A stretch of 64,000 nt of DNA from Vampirovibrionaceae bacterium NZW_1234 (GCA_041697335.1 JBGUGD010000035.1:128001-192000); one strand, 5' to 3'; numbered from the stretch's first letter, positions 18,889 to 29,885 are shown. A program made the numbers and translations. The notes: generated by a model from the letters alone, not told the origin.

Positions 18889-21653
18889 CCCAATTTCTCC
18901 TCTAGTAACTTAATTTTACGAACCAGGCGCTCACGATGCTCTTCCGATAGCACTCCTGAGGGAGCTACCAAGGCATCCCGATACAACTTTAGGGCATCCT
19001 TCCATGCCTCAGCCCTTTCAAACAACTGTCCAAGACGCATTGCCAGTGAGACTTGATTAGCTGAACCCGGTTCAGCAAGCGCATATGCTTCTGAGGCATA
19101 CACCTTAGCACTCGTCCAATCGGACTGAGCCTCACTGATTTTAGCCAGTTGCAGGTAGGATCGCATCATGTCTTTCTCAACGCCGTTGCGTTTATCATAG
19201 ATCAAACACTGTTCCATCGTGGCTTTTGCCTCGGCAAGCTGGCTATTTTCAAAATACAGGCCAGCCAGATTGTATAACGTAGACGCACAGGTTTCATTAT
19301 CCTGAAGCTCCTGACTGACCTCAAAACTCTTATGGTAATAAGCAATGGCATCTTCCGCTTGACCCGATTCGTCCAGAGTCAGCGCCAAGCGAAATAAGGT
19401 ATCTGCCCGAACCGGTGAGATCATTGTTGTTAAGTATTGGAGGCTCTTTTGATACATGGGAATTGCTTTATCAAACTCCTGCCGATACACCAGAACTTCT
19501 GCTATCTCGCTATAGGCAAGAGCTAGGGGTTCCGTATCCATATCGCCAGGGAAGCCGGATTCATAAAGGTGCTCGACCTCACGCAAGTGGCGCATGGCCT
19601 TATTGTGTTGAAAACGCTCCCGATAGAACCGGCCTAATTGACTATGAACTCGAGACAGTAAGTGAGGGGCATTCTGCTCCTGAGCAATCGCCAGAGCCTG
19701 CTCTAGAGCATGTTGAGCCTCTACAGCCTTGAGTTTACTCATACGATTCTGTGCCAAGGTCAACAAGGTCTCAACCACCCGATCTGCATCCTGATGATCA
19801 ACAGCCGACTGAAGGTGCCCCAAGAGATCTTTTTCCTTGAAATCAGACATATTCAGTTCCATCTCGGGCATCTTGATAACCGGGCGCAGACCTCCAGACG
19901 TCTTTGCCAGGATGAAAGAGTTCTCTTCTCTTTCTTCGTCAACTTGAGGCTGAGAACTTCGGGTAATAAGCTCGGCCAGACGAGCCATGTCTGCATCTGA
20001 AACACCTGATGTAGCAGCGCTTTGCTTCTTGAGAGGTGCAAGGGGGGTCTGCGTGTCAGCCACCAAAGACGACATATCACTATGGAATGCAGCCATATCG
20101 TCCGTCGACCAAGAGGATGGATCAGGTACGGGCTCATCAACCAGCTGCGGCCAAGGAAGCACCTTGTTGTCCACATGATGTCGAGCCGGGTGAAAATTCG
20201 GGTGCGACGCAGAGGTGCCATATGCATAGCGTTCTGCCGTGCCAATTTCCTTACCTGCAAAACCCGGATCCGTGGCGAAGGGATCGGTCGTCATCGCGGC
20301 CAGTTTTCGACGTTTGAGACGACTGGCATGGTAATGGGCTTCTTGGGCCAAATGCTGGGTCCTAGCCGGATAAATCCGCTCCATTAAGTGCTTGGCTTTT
20401 TCTGTCAGATAAAAATGCTGGAGCTGCGTATGGAAGCGCATTTGCTCTGCTTCAGGAATAATGCGCTTAATCTGCTCCATAAACAGCTCGGACAGTTGAT
20501 AATAAGGCTCAATCAGGTCAGGGTCCTGTTCATTGCGATAGCGGAGTTTGTCCAGCACCATCTGCGGCGGATAAACTTTCTTCAATACGGGACGCATGGC
20601 CGATTGATCCAACAGTTTAAAATCAAATTCACCACAATACGGGTTCACTTGATTCATGAGGGCCTTCCATCCCGAAGGTGGCATCCCATGCCGGACAAAT
20701 GCCATTAACATTAGAAGCTGCTGCTCTACTTCAGGCAAACCGGGGAACAACATTCCTAAAAAAAGCTGCTCTGGGCGATCAGGCATTTGATAGAGTTGTT
20801 CTGACCAGAAACGGATGTCAGGAAAACGTTCAAACAAGGTTGCAAACAGCGTCAGTAGATAAGGCTCTCCTCGGAAAAAAGGCAATAGGGGCTCAACTTC
20901 GAGAGTCGCCAGAGATTTATTGCGATAAGACTCATGAACCAGATGGCGTGCATGGTCCAGTGGCAATGGAGGTAATGCCATATGAAAGACGGCACTAATG
21001 CCGGGGTTCATATCCTGAAGGGGCAAGCTGGTCCCTGACAAGATGAGTTTGACATTGGGAAACGACAAAAGAAAATTGAAGGCCTCTTTCAATTCCCGAG
21101 AACGTACCGTCTGATCCGGAGTGACCAGATACTCCATATTGTCAATGACGATGAGAATGGGAAAATCCTCAACCTCAATAAGCAGCCGCTCCAATGTCGC
21201 AATAGGATCGGCTTCATGAATTGTATCGTACTGACCTTCCCCTGCGGCCCGACAAATATAGGTCAAATATTCCACCAAGAACCTGACAACTTCATCGAAA
21301 TCCGTATGGCGAGAAACATCAAACCACAAGAGCTGTTCTTTTCCACCGCCCATCATCTCTGCCACAGCCCGAAGAAAAGAGGTCTTACCCCGCCCTGGAG
21401 GACCTGAAACCATGACAAGTTTGCTCTGAGGGTGATTGAGCACCTTGACACACTGAAGGACTTCCTGACGACGATTGTGAAACACCAGAGGCTCATAACG
21501 GATAGCGCGACGGGTTACATTTAAGGGCGATAAGGCATTACGCCGATCGCGCATCTGATAGTTTTTGCTCTGCTGACGCTTGGCAACAAACTGGCCACTG
21601 ACCAAGCGATCCAGTACATGGGGTTGAATAAAGTAGACCGGTGCAGATGACAT
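18885..21653 (-). CDS. Large P-loop NTPase (STAND-like) with C-terminal TPR repeats
   Basis: Walker A GPPGRGKT, Walker B ILIVIDN, low-complexity linker, several TPR-like repeats; start uncertain (ORF open to 21746). Confidence 0.75.
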   Translation of the reverse strand: MSSAPVYFIQPHVLDRLVSGQFVAKRQQSKNYQMRDRRNALSPLNVTRRAIRYEPLVFHNRRQEVLQCVKVLNHPQSKLVMVSGPPGRGKTSFLRAVAEMMGGGKEQLLWFDVSRHTDFDEVVRFLVEYLTYICRAAGEGQYDTIHEADPIATLERLLIEVEDFPILIVIDNMEYLVTPDQTVRSRELKEAFNFLLSFPNVKLILSGTSLPLQDMNPGISAVFHMALPPLPLDHARHLVHESYRNKSLATLEVEPLLPFFRGEPYLLTLFATLFERFPDIRFWSEQLYQMPDRPEQLFLGMLFPGLPEVEQQLLMLMAFVRHGMPPSGWKALMNQVNPYCGEFDFKLLDQSAMRPVLKKVYPPQMVLDKLRYRNEQDPDLIEPYYQLSELFMEQIKRIIPEAEQMRFHTQLQHFYLTEKAKHLMERIYPARTQHLAQEAHYHASRLKRRKLAAMTTDPFATDPGFAGKEIGTAERYAYGTSASHPNFHPARHHVDNKVLPWPQLVDEPVPDPSSWSTDDMAAFHSDMSSLVADTQTPLAPLKKQSAATSGVSDADMARLAELITRSSQPQVDEEREENSFILAKTSGGLRPVIKMPEMELNMSDFKEKDLLGHLQSAVDHQDADRVVETLLTLAQNRMSKLKAVEAQHALEQALAIAQEQNAPHLLSRVHSQLGRFYRERFQHNKAMRHLREVEHLYESGFPGDMDTEPLALAYSEIAEVLVYRQEFDKAIPMYQKSLQYLTTMISPVRADTLFRLALTLDESGQAEDAIAYYHKSFEVSQELQDNETCASTLYNLAGLYFENSQLAEAKATMEQCLIYDKRNGVEKDMMRSYLQLAKISEAQSDWTSAKVYASEAYALAEPGSANQVSLAMRLGQLFERAEAWKDALKLYRDALVAPSGVLSEEHRERLVRKIKLLEEKLG

Positions 21654-21772
21654 GAGGGTCAAAAAAATCCTGAGAGACGTCCTTGTCACAGGTATCGGCA
21701 TCTCAGGCAATTTCTGCAACGATAGAGCGGCATTTCTACAAAACACCCGATTCCGATAAAATTGATTGTACT

Positions 21773-22504
21773 ATGGAAAATACCACAGCTTGGCAATCCT
21801 TCTTCACCGTGACCAGCGATGTTTTGGGCCTGCCCCTCAGCCCAGTCCAGCAAGCCCGACTTCAGCAGCTGTATGCCTTGATCCTTCAAGGCAATACCCT
21901 CATGAACCTAACACGTATTACCGACCTCAAAGACTTTATTGATCGTCATCTTCTAGACAGCCTTAGCCTTTGGCCATTCTTGAAAGAGGGGCCTCCAGCG
22001 TTTCAGCTAGCCGATATCGGTAGTGGCGCCGGTTTTCCTGCTTTGCCACTTGCAATCGTATTTCCGGAAGCAACCGTTTATGCCGTGGAATCGGTCCAAA
22101 AAAAGGCCCGGTTTATTGAGCAATCCGCTCTGGACTTGGGTCTGACCAATCTCAAGGTCATTGCGGAAAGAAGTGAGCTCGTCGGACAAAACCCTCGCTA
22201 TCGCGAACAATTTGACATTGTGACAGCCCGCGGCGTGGCCGCCTTGAATGTTCTCTGTGAGTTATGCCTTCCGCTGGTGAAACTGGGAGGACGATTTATT
22301 GCGCTGAAAACCCTATCGGCCCTGGCGGAAGAAGGACCCGCCGCCAAAAAAGCCTTGATAACTTTGGGGGGACATTACCAGCAGACCTACCCTTACATGC
22401 TACCCCAGCTCAAAACCCATGGGCTTGGGGTTATGGAAAAACAGAAGCCAACACCTAGACAATATCCCCGCCAGCCCGGCATACCAGCGAAAAAACCTCT
22501 CTAA
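21773..22504 (+). CDS. rsmG: 16S rRNA m7G527 methyltransferase
   Basis: NLTRIT, HLLDSL, DIGSGAGFP, TARGVA, YPRQPG. Confidence 0.95.
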   Translation: MENTTAWQSFFTVTSDVLGLPLSPVQQARLQQLYALILQGNTLMNLTRITDLKDFIDRHLLDSLSLWPFLKEGPPAFQLADIGSGAGFPALPLAIVFPEATVYAVESVQKKARFIEQSALDLGLTNLKVIAERSELVGQNPRYREQFDIVTARGVAALNVLCELCLPLVKLGGRFIALKTLSALAEEGPAAKKALITLGGHYQQTYPYMLPQLKTHGLGVMEKQKPTPRQYPRQPGIPAKKPL

Positions 22505-22578
22505 GACCTCTTCTGACCTGTCCTATCGACCTGTCGTTTTGCAAATGCTTTTTCTTTATAATACAGTCACAGTTTAGT

Positions 22579-23094
22579 GTGGCCAGAATCCAAAAAGGAC
22601 CCATCGTGATTGAAATGCTTGAAAAATCTGACCCCGTAACCCCGCCAGGCTTTAATATTGAAGAAATCATGGACCTGATCCCCCACCGCTACCCCTTCCT
22701 CTTGGTGGATAAGGTGGTGGAATACTCTCCTCGCAAGTGGGCTAAAGGCTATAAAAATGTCAGTATGAACGAGCCCATCTTCACGGGCCATTTTCCCGGG
22801 CATCCGATTTTCCCGGGTGTCCTGATTATTGAGGCGTTAGCCCAACTCGGAAGCATTTTATTGAAAACCATGGATGAAGGCCAAGGGAAATTAGGCTTAT
22901 TCGCCGGTATCGACAATGTCCGATTTCGTCGGCAAGTGGTTCCTGGCGATCGTTTGGATTTGTATGTTGAGCTCTTAAAAATTCGCCCCAGCCTGGGGAA
23001 AGCCTATGTAAAAGCCTCGGTAGATGAGGAATTGGTTGCAGACGGCGAAATTATGTTTTTCTTAGAACCCCTGAATACCAAGGAGGCCCAATAA
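22579..23094 (+). CDS. fabZ: 3-hydroxyacyl-ACP dehydratase
   Basis: IPHRYPFLLVD, GHFPGHPIFPGVLIIEALAQ; true start may be 22606 or 22615. Confidence 0.95.
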   Translation: MARIQKGPIVIEMLEKSDPVTPPGFNIEEIMDLIPHRYPFLLVDKVVEYSPRKWAKGYKNVSMNEPIFTGHFPGHPIFPGVLIIEALAQLGSILLKTMDEGQGKLGLFAGIDNVRFRRQVVPGDRLDLYVELLKIRPSLGKAYVKASVDEELVADGEIMFFLEPLNTKEAQ

Positions 23095-23942
23095 TGACCA
23101 CGCTGATTCACCCAACTGCCATTATCGACCCCACGGCTCAACTGGGCGAAAACGTTCAGATTGGTCCGTACTCCATTGTTCACAAAGATGCAGTGATTGG
23201 TGACAATACCGTCTTAAGCTCGCATGTTGTGGTAGAAGAGCGAACGATTATCGGTCAGAACTGCCAGATCTCTTCTGGAGCCGTCTTAGGTGGCGCACCA
23301 CAGGATTTATCTTATAAAAACGAGCCCACACGTGCACGCATTGGCGATAACTGCATCATTCGCGAATGCGTCACCGTAAACCGTGGCTCCTCTAAGGCCA
23401 CTGGTGAAACCGTGATGGGTGATAATTGCTTTCTCATGGCTTATAGCCATTTAGGCCATGACGTCGCTATGGGGAATCACGTTATTTTGGCCAATGCTGT
23501 ACAATTGGCAGGCCATGTCGAAGTGGATGATTACGCATTTATTGGCGGATCCTCTGTCGTCCATCAATTTTGTCGTGTCGGCAAAATGTCCATGATTGGT
23601 GGCTTTAGCGCATCTCGCCAAGACGTTCCTCCTTTTGCTTTGACTGATGGCAAACCCTGCGCCGTTCAAGGTATAAACATTGTAGGATTGCGCCGTCGCG
23701 GGTTTAACGCTGAACAACGTCAGCGTATGAAAAAGGCCTTTTATTACCTGTGGTTTGCCGGCCTCAACCGAGTCCAGGCAATTGAGGCTATCCAAGCGAA
23801 TCTAGAAGTTGATGCTTCTATTCAAGAGCTCATTGACTTTATGCAGTCCTCAAAGCGTGGTGTCATTAGTGGCGTTTCTCGACGTCAACAGGATGAAAAA
23901 CCAGTTGACAGCGCATCGGAATCGGAACCCGCCCTGGTCTAG
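23094..23942 (+). CDS. lpxA: UDP-N-acetylglucosamine acyltransferase
   Basis: Hexapeptide repeats, PQDLSY, HLGHD, LAGHV, VHQF, GLRRRGF. Confidence 0.95.
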   Translation: MTTLIHPTAIIDPTAQLGENVQIGPYSIVHKDAVIGDNTVLSSHVVVEERTIIGQNCQISSGAVLGGAPQDLSYKNEPTRARIGDNCIIRECVTVNRGSSKATGETVMGDNCFLMAYSHLGHDVAMGNHVILANAVQLAGHVEVDDYAFIGGSSVVHQFCRVGKMSMIGGFSASRQDVPPFALTDGKPCAVQGINIVGLRRRGFNAEQRQRMKKAFYYLWFAGLNRVQAIEAIQANLEVDASIQELIDFMQSSKRGVISGVSRRQQDEKPVDSASESEPALV

Positions 23943-23956
23943 TTGAAAGGAGGGGT

Positions 23957-25393
23957 ATGATGGCACGTCAACGCATTGGTATTGTTCTTGCCGCAGGAAA
24001 AGGAACTCGCCTCAAGAGTGACTTACCCAAGGTCCTTCACCCCGTTCTTGGGAAACCAATGATTCAAAGGGTGCTAGAGAGTCTGGTCCCGTTGAAGCTA
24101 GACTATGTTTTCATTATCATCGGGCATCAGGCTGAACAGGTGCAAACGGTGGTGAGCAACCTGGGGCTGCCTTATCGGTTACACTTTGTGGTTCAGGAGC
24201 CCCAACTGGGAACCGGCCATGCGGTGCAGCAGGTCTTGCCATTTCTACCTCTCGACACCGCAGCGGATGTGTTGGTAACTTGTGGAGACATGCCCCTGGT
24301 ACCAAGCTGTCAGTATGTCTCACTTTGGGAATCTTATGAAACTAAAAAAGCCACTGCAATGCTCGTGACTGTCGCAATGCCCAATCCGTTTGGTTATGGG
24401 CGCGTTCTTTTCACTGAGAATCGATTTACCCGCATTGTAGAAGAAAAAGATGCCACTGCCGAGGAAAGACAGGTCCCATGGATTAATGCCGGTATTTACC
24501 TTGCCGACTGGCAGGCTTTTGCGCCGCAGCTCGCTTCGCTTCAGGCTGAAAATGCGCAAAAAGAATTTTATCTGACCGATGTTCTTGGCTTTTTAGCTCA
24601 AGATCCTAAAAACACGGTCTTGGCAGAACAATGGCTCAACCCTGATGAAGTCTTGGGGATTAATAGCCGTCACCAGCTGGCCCAGGCAGAGCGACTCCTA
24701 TCCACCTGGACAGCAAACCGGTTAATGGACGAGGGTGTGAGCCTGATTCATCCTGATAGCATGACCCTGGCTCCAGAAGTCGTTATTGGTCGGGATACGG
24801 TTCTTCACCCTGGGTGCTATCTATTGGGAGATATCCACATTGGCAGCCACTGCGAAATTGGCCCCCAGACCACCATGCGAGGCGTTATCCGAATCGCCGA
24901 TCATTGTCGTGTTGTCTGCTCCTACCTGGATAGAGCGGTTAGCATTGGCGCTAATAGCTATATTGGGCCCTATGCCCATCTAAGAGACAATACCATTGTC
25001 GGTGAACAAGTCCGGCTGGGCAATTTTGTCGAAGTTAAGGAAACTCGCATCGGCTCACGTTCCAATGCTGCCCACCTAAGCTATCTTGGGGATGCAGAGA
25101 TTGGAGACGACGTTAATATGGGCGCTGGATCCATCATTGCCAACTACGATCCTATCCGAGACCTTAAACACCGGACCACTATTGAGGATGGGGTCAAAGT
25201 TGGATGCAACAGTGTCTTGGTATCGCCAGTTACGGTTCAGGAACGCTCGTGTGTTGCCGCAGGCTCTGTCATTACCCAAACCGTTGCTCCATGGGATTTG
25301 GCCATTGCCCGGGCACGCCAAACCGCCCTGCCCCATTGGGTTAAAATGACGTTGGAAAAATCCGAATCTACAACCCCAAGCCCATCAACCTAG
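23957..25393 (+). CDS. glmU: Bifunctional GlmU
   Basis: LAAGKGTRLKS, QLGTGHA, GYGR, EFYLTD, GNFVEVK, HLSYLGDA. Confidence 0.95.
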   Translation: MMARQRIGIVLAAGKGTRLKSDLPKVLHPVLGKPMIQRVLESLVPLKLDYVFIIIGHQAEQVQTVVSNLGLPYRLHFVVQEPQLGTGHAVQQVLPFLPLDTAADVLVTCGDMPLVPSCQYVSLWESYETKKATAMLVTVAMPNPFGYGRVLFTENRFTRIVEEKDATAEERQVPWINAGIYLADWQAFAPQLASLQAENAQKEFYLTDVLGFLAQDPKNTVLAEQWLNPDEVLGINSRHQLAQAERLLSTWTANRLMDEGVSLIHPDSMTLAPEVVIGRDTVLHPGCYLLGDIHIGSHCEIGPQTTMRGVIRIADHCRVVCSYLDRAVSIGANSYIGPYAHLRDNTIVGEQVRLGNFVEVKETRIGSRSNAAHLSYLGDAEIGDDVNMGAGSIIANYDPIRDLKHRTTIEDGVKVGCNSVLVSPVTVQERSCVAAGSVITQTVAPWDLAIARARQTALPHWVKMTLEKSESTTPSPST

Positions 25394-25410
25394 GCAATTC
25401 CTTGATTATC

Positions 25411-25713
25411 TTAAAAGCGCTGATCCAAGCGATGCTCAACTGCGTGTAACAGCGTTGTGTATACTCGCCGCTCCGCAAAACGCATACCAAACTCTCGCAT
25501 CAGGCTAAAGGCAATTTTTGTGCGTCGATCGAGTAGAGCTCGACGATGTTTGGGATTCAACGTGGTTATTGCCCCTTGAAATGCAGGATGATGGCTCCGC
25601 TTGTTTAATGAGGACTCCATCAGCCATCGCATCAGCGGTTTACGCTTCAAGGGTGGAAACTGTTGGACAATTAAATGGTACGTAGGGTTCATGGCTCGCT
25701 TCCTGGATATCAA
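25411..25713 (-). CDS. Hypothetical basic protein
   Basis: Only sizeable ORF in the gap; start uncertain. Confidence 0.45.
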   Translation of the reverse strand: MISRKRAMNPTYHLIVQQFPPLKRKPLMRWLMESSLNKRSHHPAFQGAITTLNPKHRRALLDRRTKIAFSLMREFGMRFAERRVYTTLLHAVEHRLDQRF

Positions 25714-25794
25714 CTACGAAATCACCGTACAATAGTATTCATTAGGCCGGTGTGATTTTTTGCTCATTCAACAAAAAAAGGACCTTTCGGAAAA

Positions 25795-27135
25795 TTGCGC
25801 TCTTTTGACTTAATTCGTTACAATTTACAGCGAATCTGTCTTCATCGCTCACGATGGCGCCTATTAACGGCAGGTTTTCAGGCTATTTCAGTGGCCCTAC
25901 TTTTGTGTGGGCTCATCCTCAGTGGATGTCAGAGTGATAATTCTCATTCAAAGAAAACGTTGCGCTTTACGATGTGGGGCAGCGCCGAAGAACTCTCGGT
26001 CGTCAAACGTCTGGTTCTGGACTATGAACGACTACATCCCGAGATCCATATTGAACTGATGCATTTTCCGGAAAACTACTTTCAAAAGTTGCATATTTTA
26101 ATTGCTGGAGGCCTAACCCCGGACATTGCTTTTGTGAATAGCTTAAGCTATGCCGTTTACGCAGATAATGATATCTTTATGCCTCTAAATTCTTTTCTAG
26201 AATCCAAGAGGGGTCCCTTAAAACGCAGCGATTTGTTTGAGCCCGCCCTGAAGGCTTTTACTTGGAAACAACAGATTTATGCCATTCCTCGTGATGTGTC
26301 CAACTTGGTAGTGTATTACAACAAAACCCTGTTTCAGCAAGCCCATGTGCCTTTGCCATCCCAACACTGGACTCTCACGGATATGCTGAATGCGGCACAA
26401 AAAATCACAGCATTTCACTCTTCAACCCAGCATAAGATTTTCGGCATTTCCTTTGCCTCCCAGCCACCACTTATGTGGCTTCCTTATGTTTGGAGTCAAG
26501 GTGGCGACCTGTTCGACAAGGGTTTTACAAGGTTTCGCTTAACTGAACCAAGCGGAATCAAGGCACTGCAATTTTATGCAGACCTCCGTAATCGATGGCA
26601 TGTTGCTCCTACTCGAAAAGAGGTGGGCAGTGCCAGTATGAGCCAGCTTTTTATGCAAGGTAAGCTCGCCATGATGGTCAGTGGTCGCTGGAGCGTCCCC
26701 GTGTTTCGCAGCCAAGCCAAGTTTGATTGGGACATTGCGCCTTTCCCAAAAGGCTCGGCAGGCTCCATTGTGGGGATTGACTCTTCCGGCTATGCCATCT
26801 CCAAAACCACTCGATTTCCTCAAGAAGCCTGGTCCTTTATTGCGTTTCTGTCGAGTACTAAGGCCCAGACGGCATTAGCTGAAAGCGGCTTGATTGTGCC
26901 GGCTCGCCAGGATGTCGCTCACTCTCAAGCCTTCCTTCAATCCCCTCCCCAACATAGCAAAACGTTTATTGACATAATCGAGTACGGCAACCCCACCCAT
27001 GTACCCGTGCGCTGGAACGAAATTGCAGAAGAATTGGGGCTGGCACTAGAACCCGTCTTTGAAGGTACCAGAACGGCTGAAGAAGCTTTAAAAAAGGTAC
27101 AACCCAAAATCCAGATATTATTGGAGGAGTCGTAG
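25795..27135 (+). CDS. Carbohydrate ABC transporter substrate-binding lipoprotein
   Basis: Lipobox LSGC, YAIP, YYNKTLF, FMQGKLAM; start uncertain. Confidence 0.88.
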   Translation: MRSFDLIRYNLQRICLHRSRWRLLTAGFQAISVALLLCGLILSGCQSDNSHSKKTLRFTMWGSAEELSVVKRLVLDYERLHPEIHIELMHFPENYFQKLHILIAGGLTPDIAFVNSLSYAVYADNDIFMPLNSFLESKRGPLKRSDLFEPALKAFTWKQQIYAIPRDVSNLVVYYNKTLFQQAHVPLPSQHWTLTDMLNAAQKITAFHSSTQHKIFGISFASQPPLMWLPYVWSQGGDLFDKGFTRFRLTEPSGIKALQFYADLRNRWHVAPTRKEVGSASMSQLFMQGKLAMMVSGRWSVPVFRSQAKFDWDIAPFPKGSAGSIVGIDSSGYAISKTTRFPQEAWSFIAFLSSTKAQTALAESGLIVPARQDVAHSQAFLQSPPQHSKTFIDIIEYGNPTHVPVRWNEIAEELGLALEPVFEGTRTAEEALKKVQPKIQILLEES

Positions 27136-27137
27136 AG

Positions 27138-28058
27138 ATGCCGACCTCCACCACAACCCCAACACGTTCACTTATGAAACGTATAGGTCAAACTTGGGGC
27201 TGGCCCGCCCTATTTATCCTCCCATGCTTCATGGGCCTGGGCATTTTTACTTACATCCCAGTCCTTATGTCCTTGGGCCTGAGTTTTTCTTACTGGAACC
27301 TTTTAGGGCAACCCCAGTGGGTCGGTTTTAGCAATTACAGTGCTGTTCTTCAAGATCCTGTTTTTTGGAAAACCTTGCAAAATACGGTTATGTTCGTTTT
27401 AGGCACCGTAAGCCTGGACGTCACCATGGCTCTACTCCTGGCGTTACTCCTGAACCGTGCAATACGAGGTATTGGTGTGTTTCGAACCATCTTCTTTCTG
27501 CCGGTCATTACACCCATGGTTAGCGTTGCATTGGTCTGGGGGTGGTTGTATGACCCCAACTATGGTTGGCTCAATGCCATTCTCCAACTGTTTGGCGTCG
27601 AGCCTATCGCCTGGCTCTATGATAAGCAATGGGCGTTGGGAGCCATCATCTTGCTTCAAGTCTGGAAGGGCATGGGTTACAACATGGTCATCCTGTTAGC
27701 CGGGCTTCAGGGCATTCCCACCCATATATACGAATCGGCTGAACTGGATGGTGCTAATGGTTGGCAACAATTCTGGCGTCTTACCTTGCCAATGCTAAGC
27801 CCAACGTTGTTCTTTGTTGTAACAGTCTCCCTAATTAATGCGTTTCAAGCCTTTGACGCTGTTTATCTTTTAACCGAAGGAGGACCGGAAAACAGCACTC
27901 AGGTTCTAGTATATTGGTTATTCAAGAATGCTTTCCAATTCTATAAAATTGGGCCTGCGTCTGCTATGGCCTACATTCTGTTTATGATTATCCTGACCCT
28001 GACGGTGATCCAGTGGCAGATGAGAAAGCGATGGGTATTGCATGAAGCTGACGACTAA
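27138..28058 (+). CDS. Carbohydrate ABC transporter permease
   Basis: TM helices, EAA-like loop YESAELDGA, LTEGGP. Confidence 0.92.
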   Translation: MPTSTTTPTRSLMKRIGQTWGWPALFILPCFMGLGIFTYIPVLMSLGLSFSYWNLLGQPQWVGFSNYSAVLQDPVFWKTLQNTVMFVLGTVSLDVTMALLLALLLNRAIRGIGVFRTIFFLPVITPMVSVALVWGWLYDPNYGWLNAILQLFGVEPIAWLYDKQWALGAIILLQVWKGMGYNMVILLAGLQGIPTHIYESAELDGANGWQQFWRLTLPMLSPTLFFVVTVSLINAFQAFDAVYLLTEGGPENSTQVLVYWLFKNAFQFYKIGPASAMAYILFMIILTLTVIQWQMRKRWVLHEADD

Positions 28059-28866
28059 AACCTTTTGGTGGATCACCTTAACTTGTGGTTCTTTGGCAAT
28101 GGTAGGACCTTTTTGGGTGATGCTATCTACATCTTTGATGACCCAGGATCAAGTGTTTCAGTTTCCACCTGCTTGGTACCCACATCCATTAGTCTGGAGC
28201 AATTACATCAAGGCATTTCAACAGGTCCCCTTATTCTCTTATTTCGTCAATAGCGTTTTTGTGTCCATTTGTACCACGTTGGGGCAATTACTGTTCTCTT
28301 CCATGGCCGCTTATGGATTTTCCCGTTTCTCTTTTCCACATAAAAACCTGTGGTTTATGGCTTTTCTGATTACGATGATGATCCCGCCTCAGGTCAACAT
28401 TGTCCCCTTATTTTTCGTCATGAAAACCTTTCACTGGGTGGATACATATGCCGGGTTGATTGTACCCGGTTTATTTGGAGCTTTTGGTGTCTTTTTACTC
28501 CGCCAATGGTTCAACGGTCTTCCGAAAGAACTGGAAGAAGCAGCCCGTATCGATGGGTGTAACCCTTGGCAGGTTTTTTGGCACGTCGCCCTCCCATTAG
28601 CCAAGCCTGCATTGGTAGCCTTAGCCATATTTGTCTTTATCGCAAGTTGGAACAGCTTTATGTGGCCGTTGATTATTACACAATCGGACACAATGCGGAC
28701 ACTTCCTGTGGGCATTGCATCTTTGAAGAGCAGTTACCGAGATGTAACAGATTGGAGTGTGCTTATGGCCGCCTCAACAATTTCGATTTTACCGATTCTG
28801 GCAGTATTTCTAGCAGGCCAGCGTCAGTTTATTCAAGGCATTTTACAAGGCGGCGTCAAAGAATAG
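28042..28866 (+). CDS. Carbohydrate ABC transporter permease
   Basis: LEEAARIDGC, WNSFMWP, QRQFIQG. Confidence 0.92.
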   Translation: MKLTTKTFWWITLTCGSLAMVGPFWVMLSTSLMTQDQVFQFPPAWYPHPLVWSNYIKAFQQVPLFSYFVNSVFVSICTTLGQLLFSSMAAYGFSRFSFPHKNLWFMAFLITMMIPPQVNIVPLFFVMKTFHWVDTYAGLIVPGLFGAFGVFLLRQWFNGLPKELEEAARIDGCNPWQVFWHVALPLAKPALVALAIFVFIASWNSFMWPLIITQSDTMRTLPVGIASLKSSYRDVTDWSVLMAASTISILPILAVFLAGQRQFIQGILQGGVKE

Positions 28867-28870
28867 CCCA

Positions 28871-29140
28871 CTAATCCACGAATAATAGAGGATAGCGTCG
28901 CTCCAGGGCCCGAACCATTTCGTAGGACACCCCGGATTCCGTGAGTTCATCACAATGAAATTGAAAAAGGGTCATCAGCGTAAAGGCTTCATCTGGAATA
29001 GCAGACTCTTGGGTTAGTAACCGAGCAACTCGTGCCAAAGCACGACCTCTTGAAAGCGCTTGATGACGTTTAAGGAGACGACGTGCCTTGGCAGCAGGAG
29101 TATGGGGTCTAGGACTGGTTCGTTTTGACATTGCTGCCAC
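28871..29140 (-). CDS. Hypothetical protein
   Basis: GGAGGA Shine-Dalgarno upstream of the GTG start. Confidence 0.6.
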   Translation of the reverse strand: MAAMSKRTSPRPHTPAAKARRLLKRHQALSRGRALARVARLLTQESAIPDEAFTLMTLFQFHCDELTESGVSYEMVRALERRYPLLFVD

Positions 29141-29465
29141 GGTGCTCTATCCTCCTTCCAAAGCCAAATGCCGATAGACTGGGACTAAAACCTGTGTCTT
29201 CCATGATAGACAAATACGCCCTAGGAACGCAACGCTAAAAACCTGCTACAGACAGTAACACAACGGGCATGCTCCCGAATAGGCTTGCAAGTCAAGGGAC
29301 TGATAAAAATTGTTACCACGCTTGACGGGGATGTTACAAAATCCTGTACCCCTTGCGCTGTAGCTAGTCCGAGCCCAAATTTGGCAGAACACATCCACAG
29401 CAATGAAAGACCCGGTACAATAGCAACTAGAGTCCCGTCACATGACAGAAGGAGAAGCAACTTCC

Positions 29466-29861
29466 ATGGCAAAAGCAATAAACTGGCCCCGGCAATATCG
29501 TGATGAAGTCATGGAGGAACCATCGGATAAACGCTTTGCAGCTTTCCGATTAGGACGCCTTTATTTTGACAACCACTATTGGGTAGCGGGTGAAGAGGTG
29601 GACATTCGTGTGAATCACCGTATTATCAGAAGAGCAACTATTATTGGCGATATGAAATGCTGCTCTATTGAGGATTTAATGCCTGAAGATTATGAAGCAC
29701 AGAAAAGTGATCTAAAAACTCCAGAAGCGGTCATCAGCTTTCTGTCCTCTACCTATGAAAAGCCTGTGACCCCCCAAACCGAAGTCACTGTAGTGTACTA
29801 CCAGAATCATCCCTTAGACCCAGAGATTATGGATACCCAGGATGATCCGCACATGGCCTAA
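29466..29861 (+). CDS. Hypothetical protein, possibly ASCH/PUA-like fold
   Basis: AAGGAG SD before the MAKAIN start; fold guess is inference. Confidence 0.65.
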   Translation: MAKAINWPRQYRDEVMEEPSDKRFAAFRLGRLYFDNHYWVAGEEVDIRVNHRIIRRATIIGDMKCCSIEDLMPEDYEAQKSDLKTPEAVISFLSSTYEKPVTPQTEVTVVYYQNHPLDPEIMDTQDDPHMA

Positions 29862-29885
29862 TTCGATTCTCAGACTCAAAAGAAG

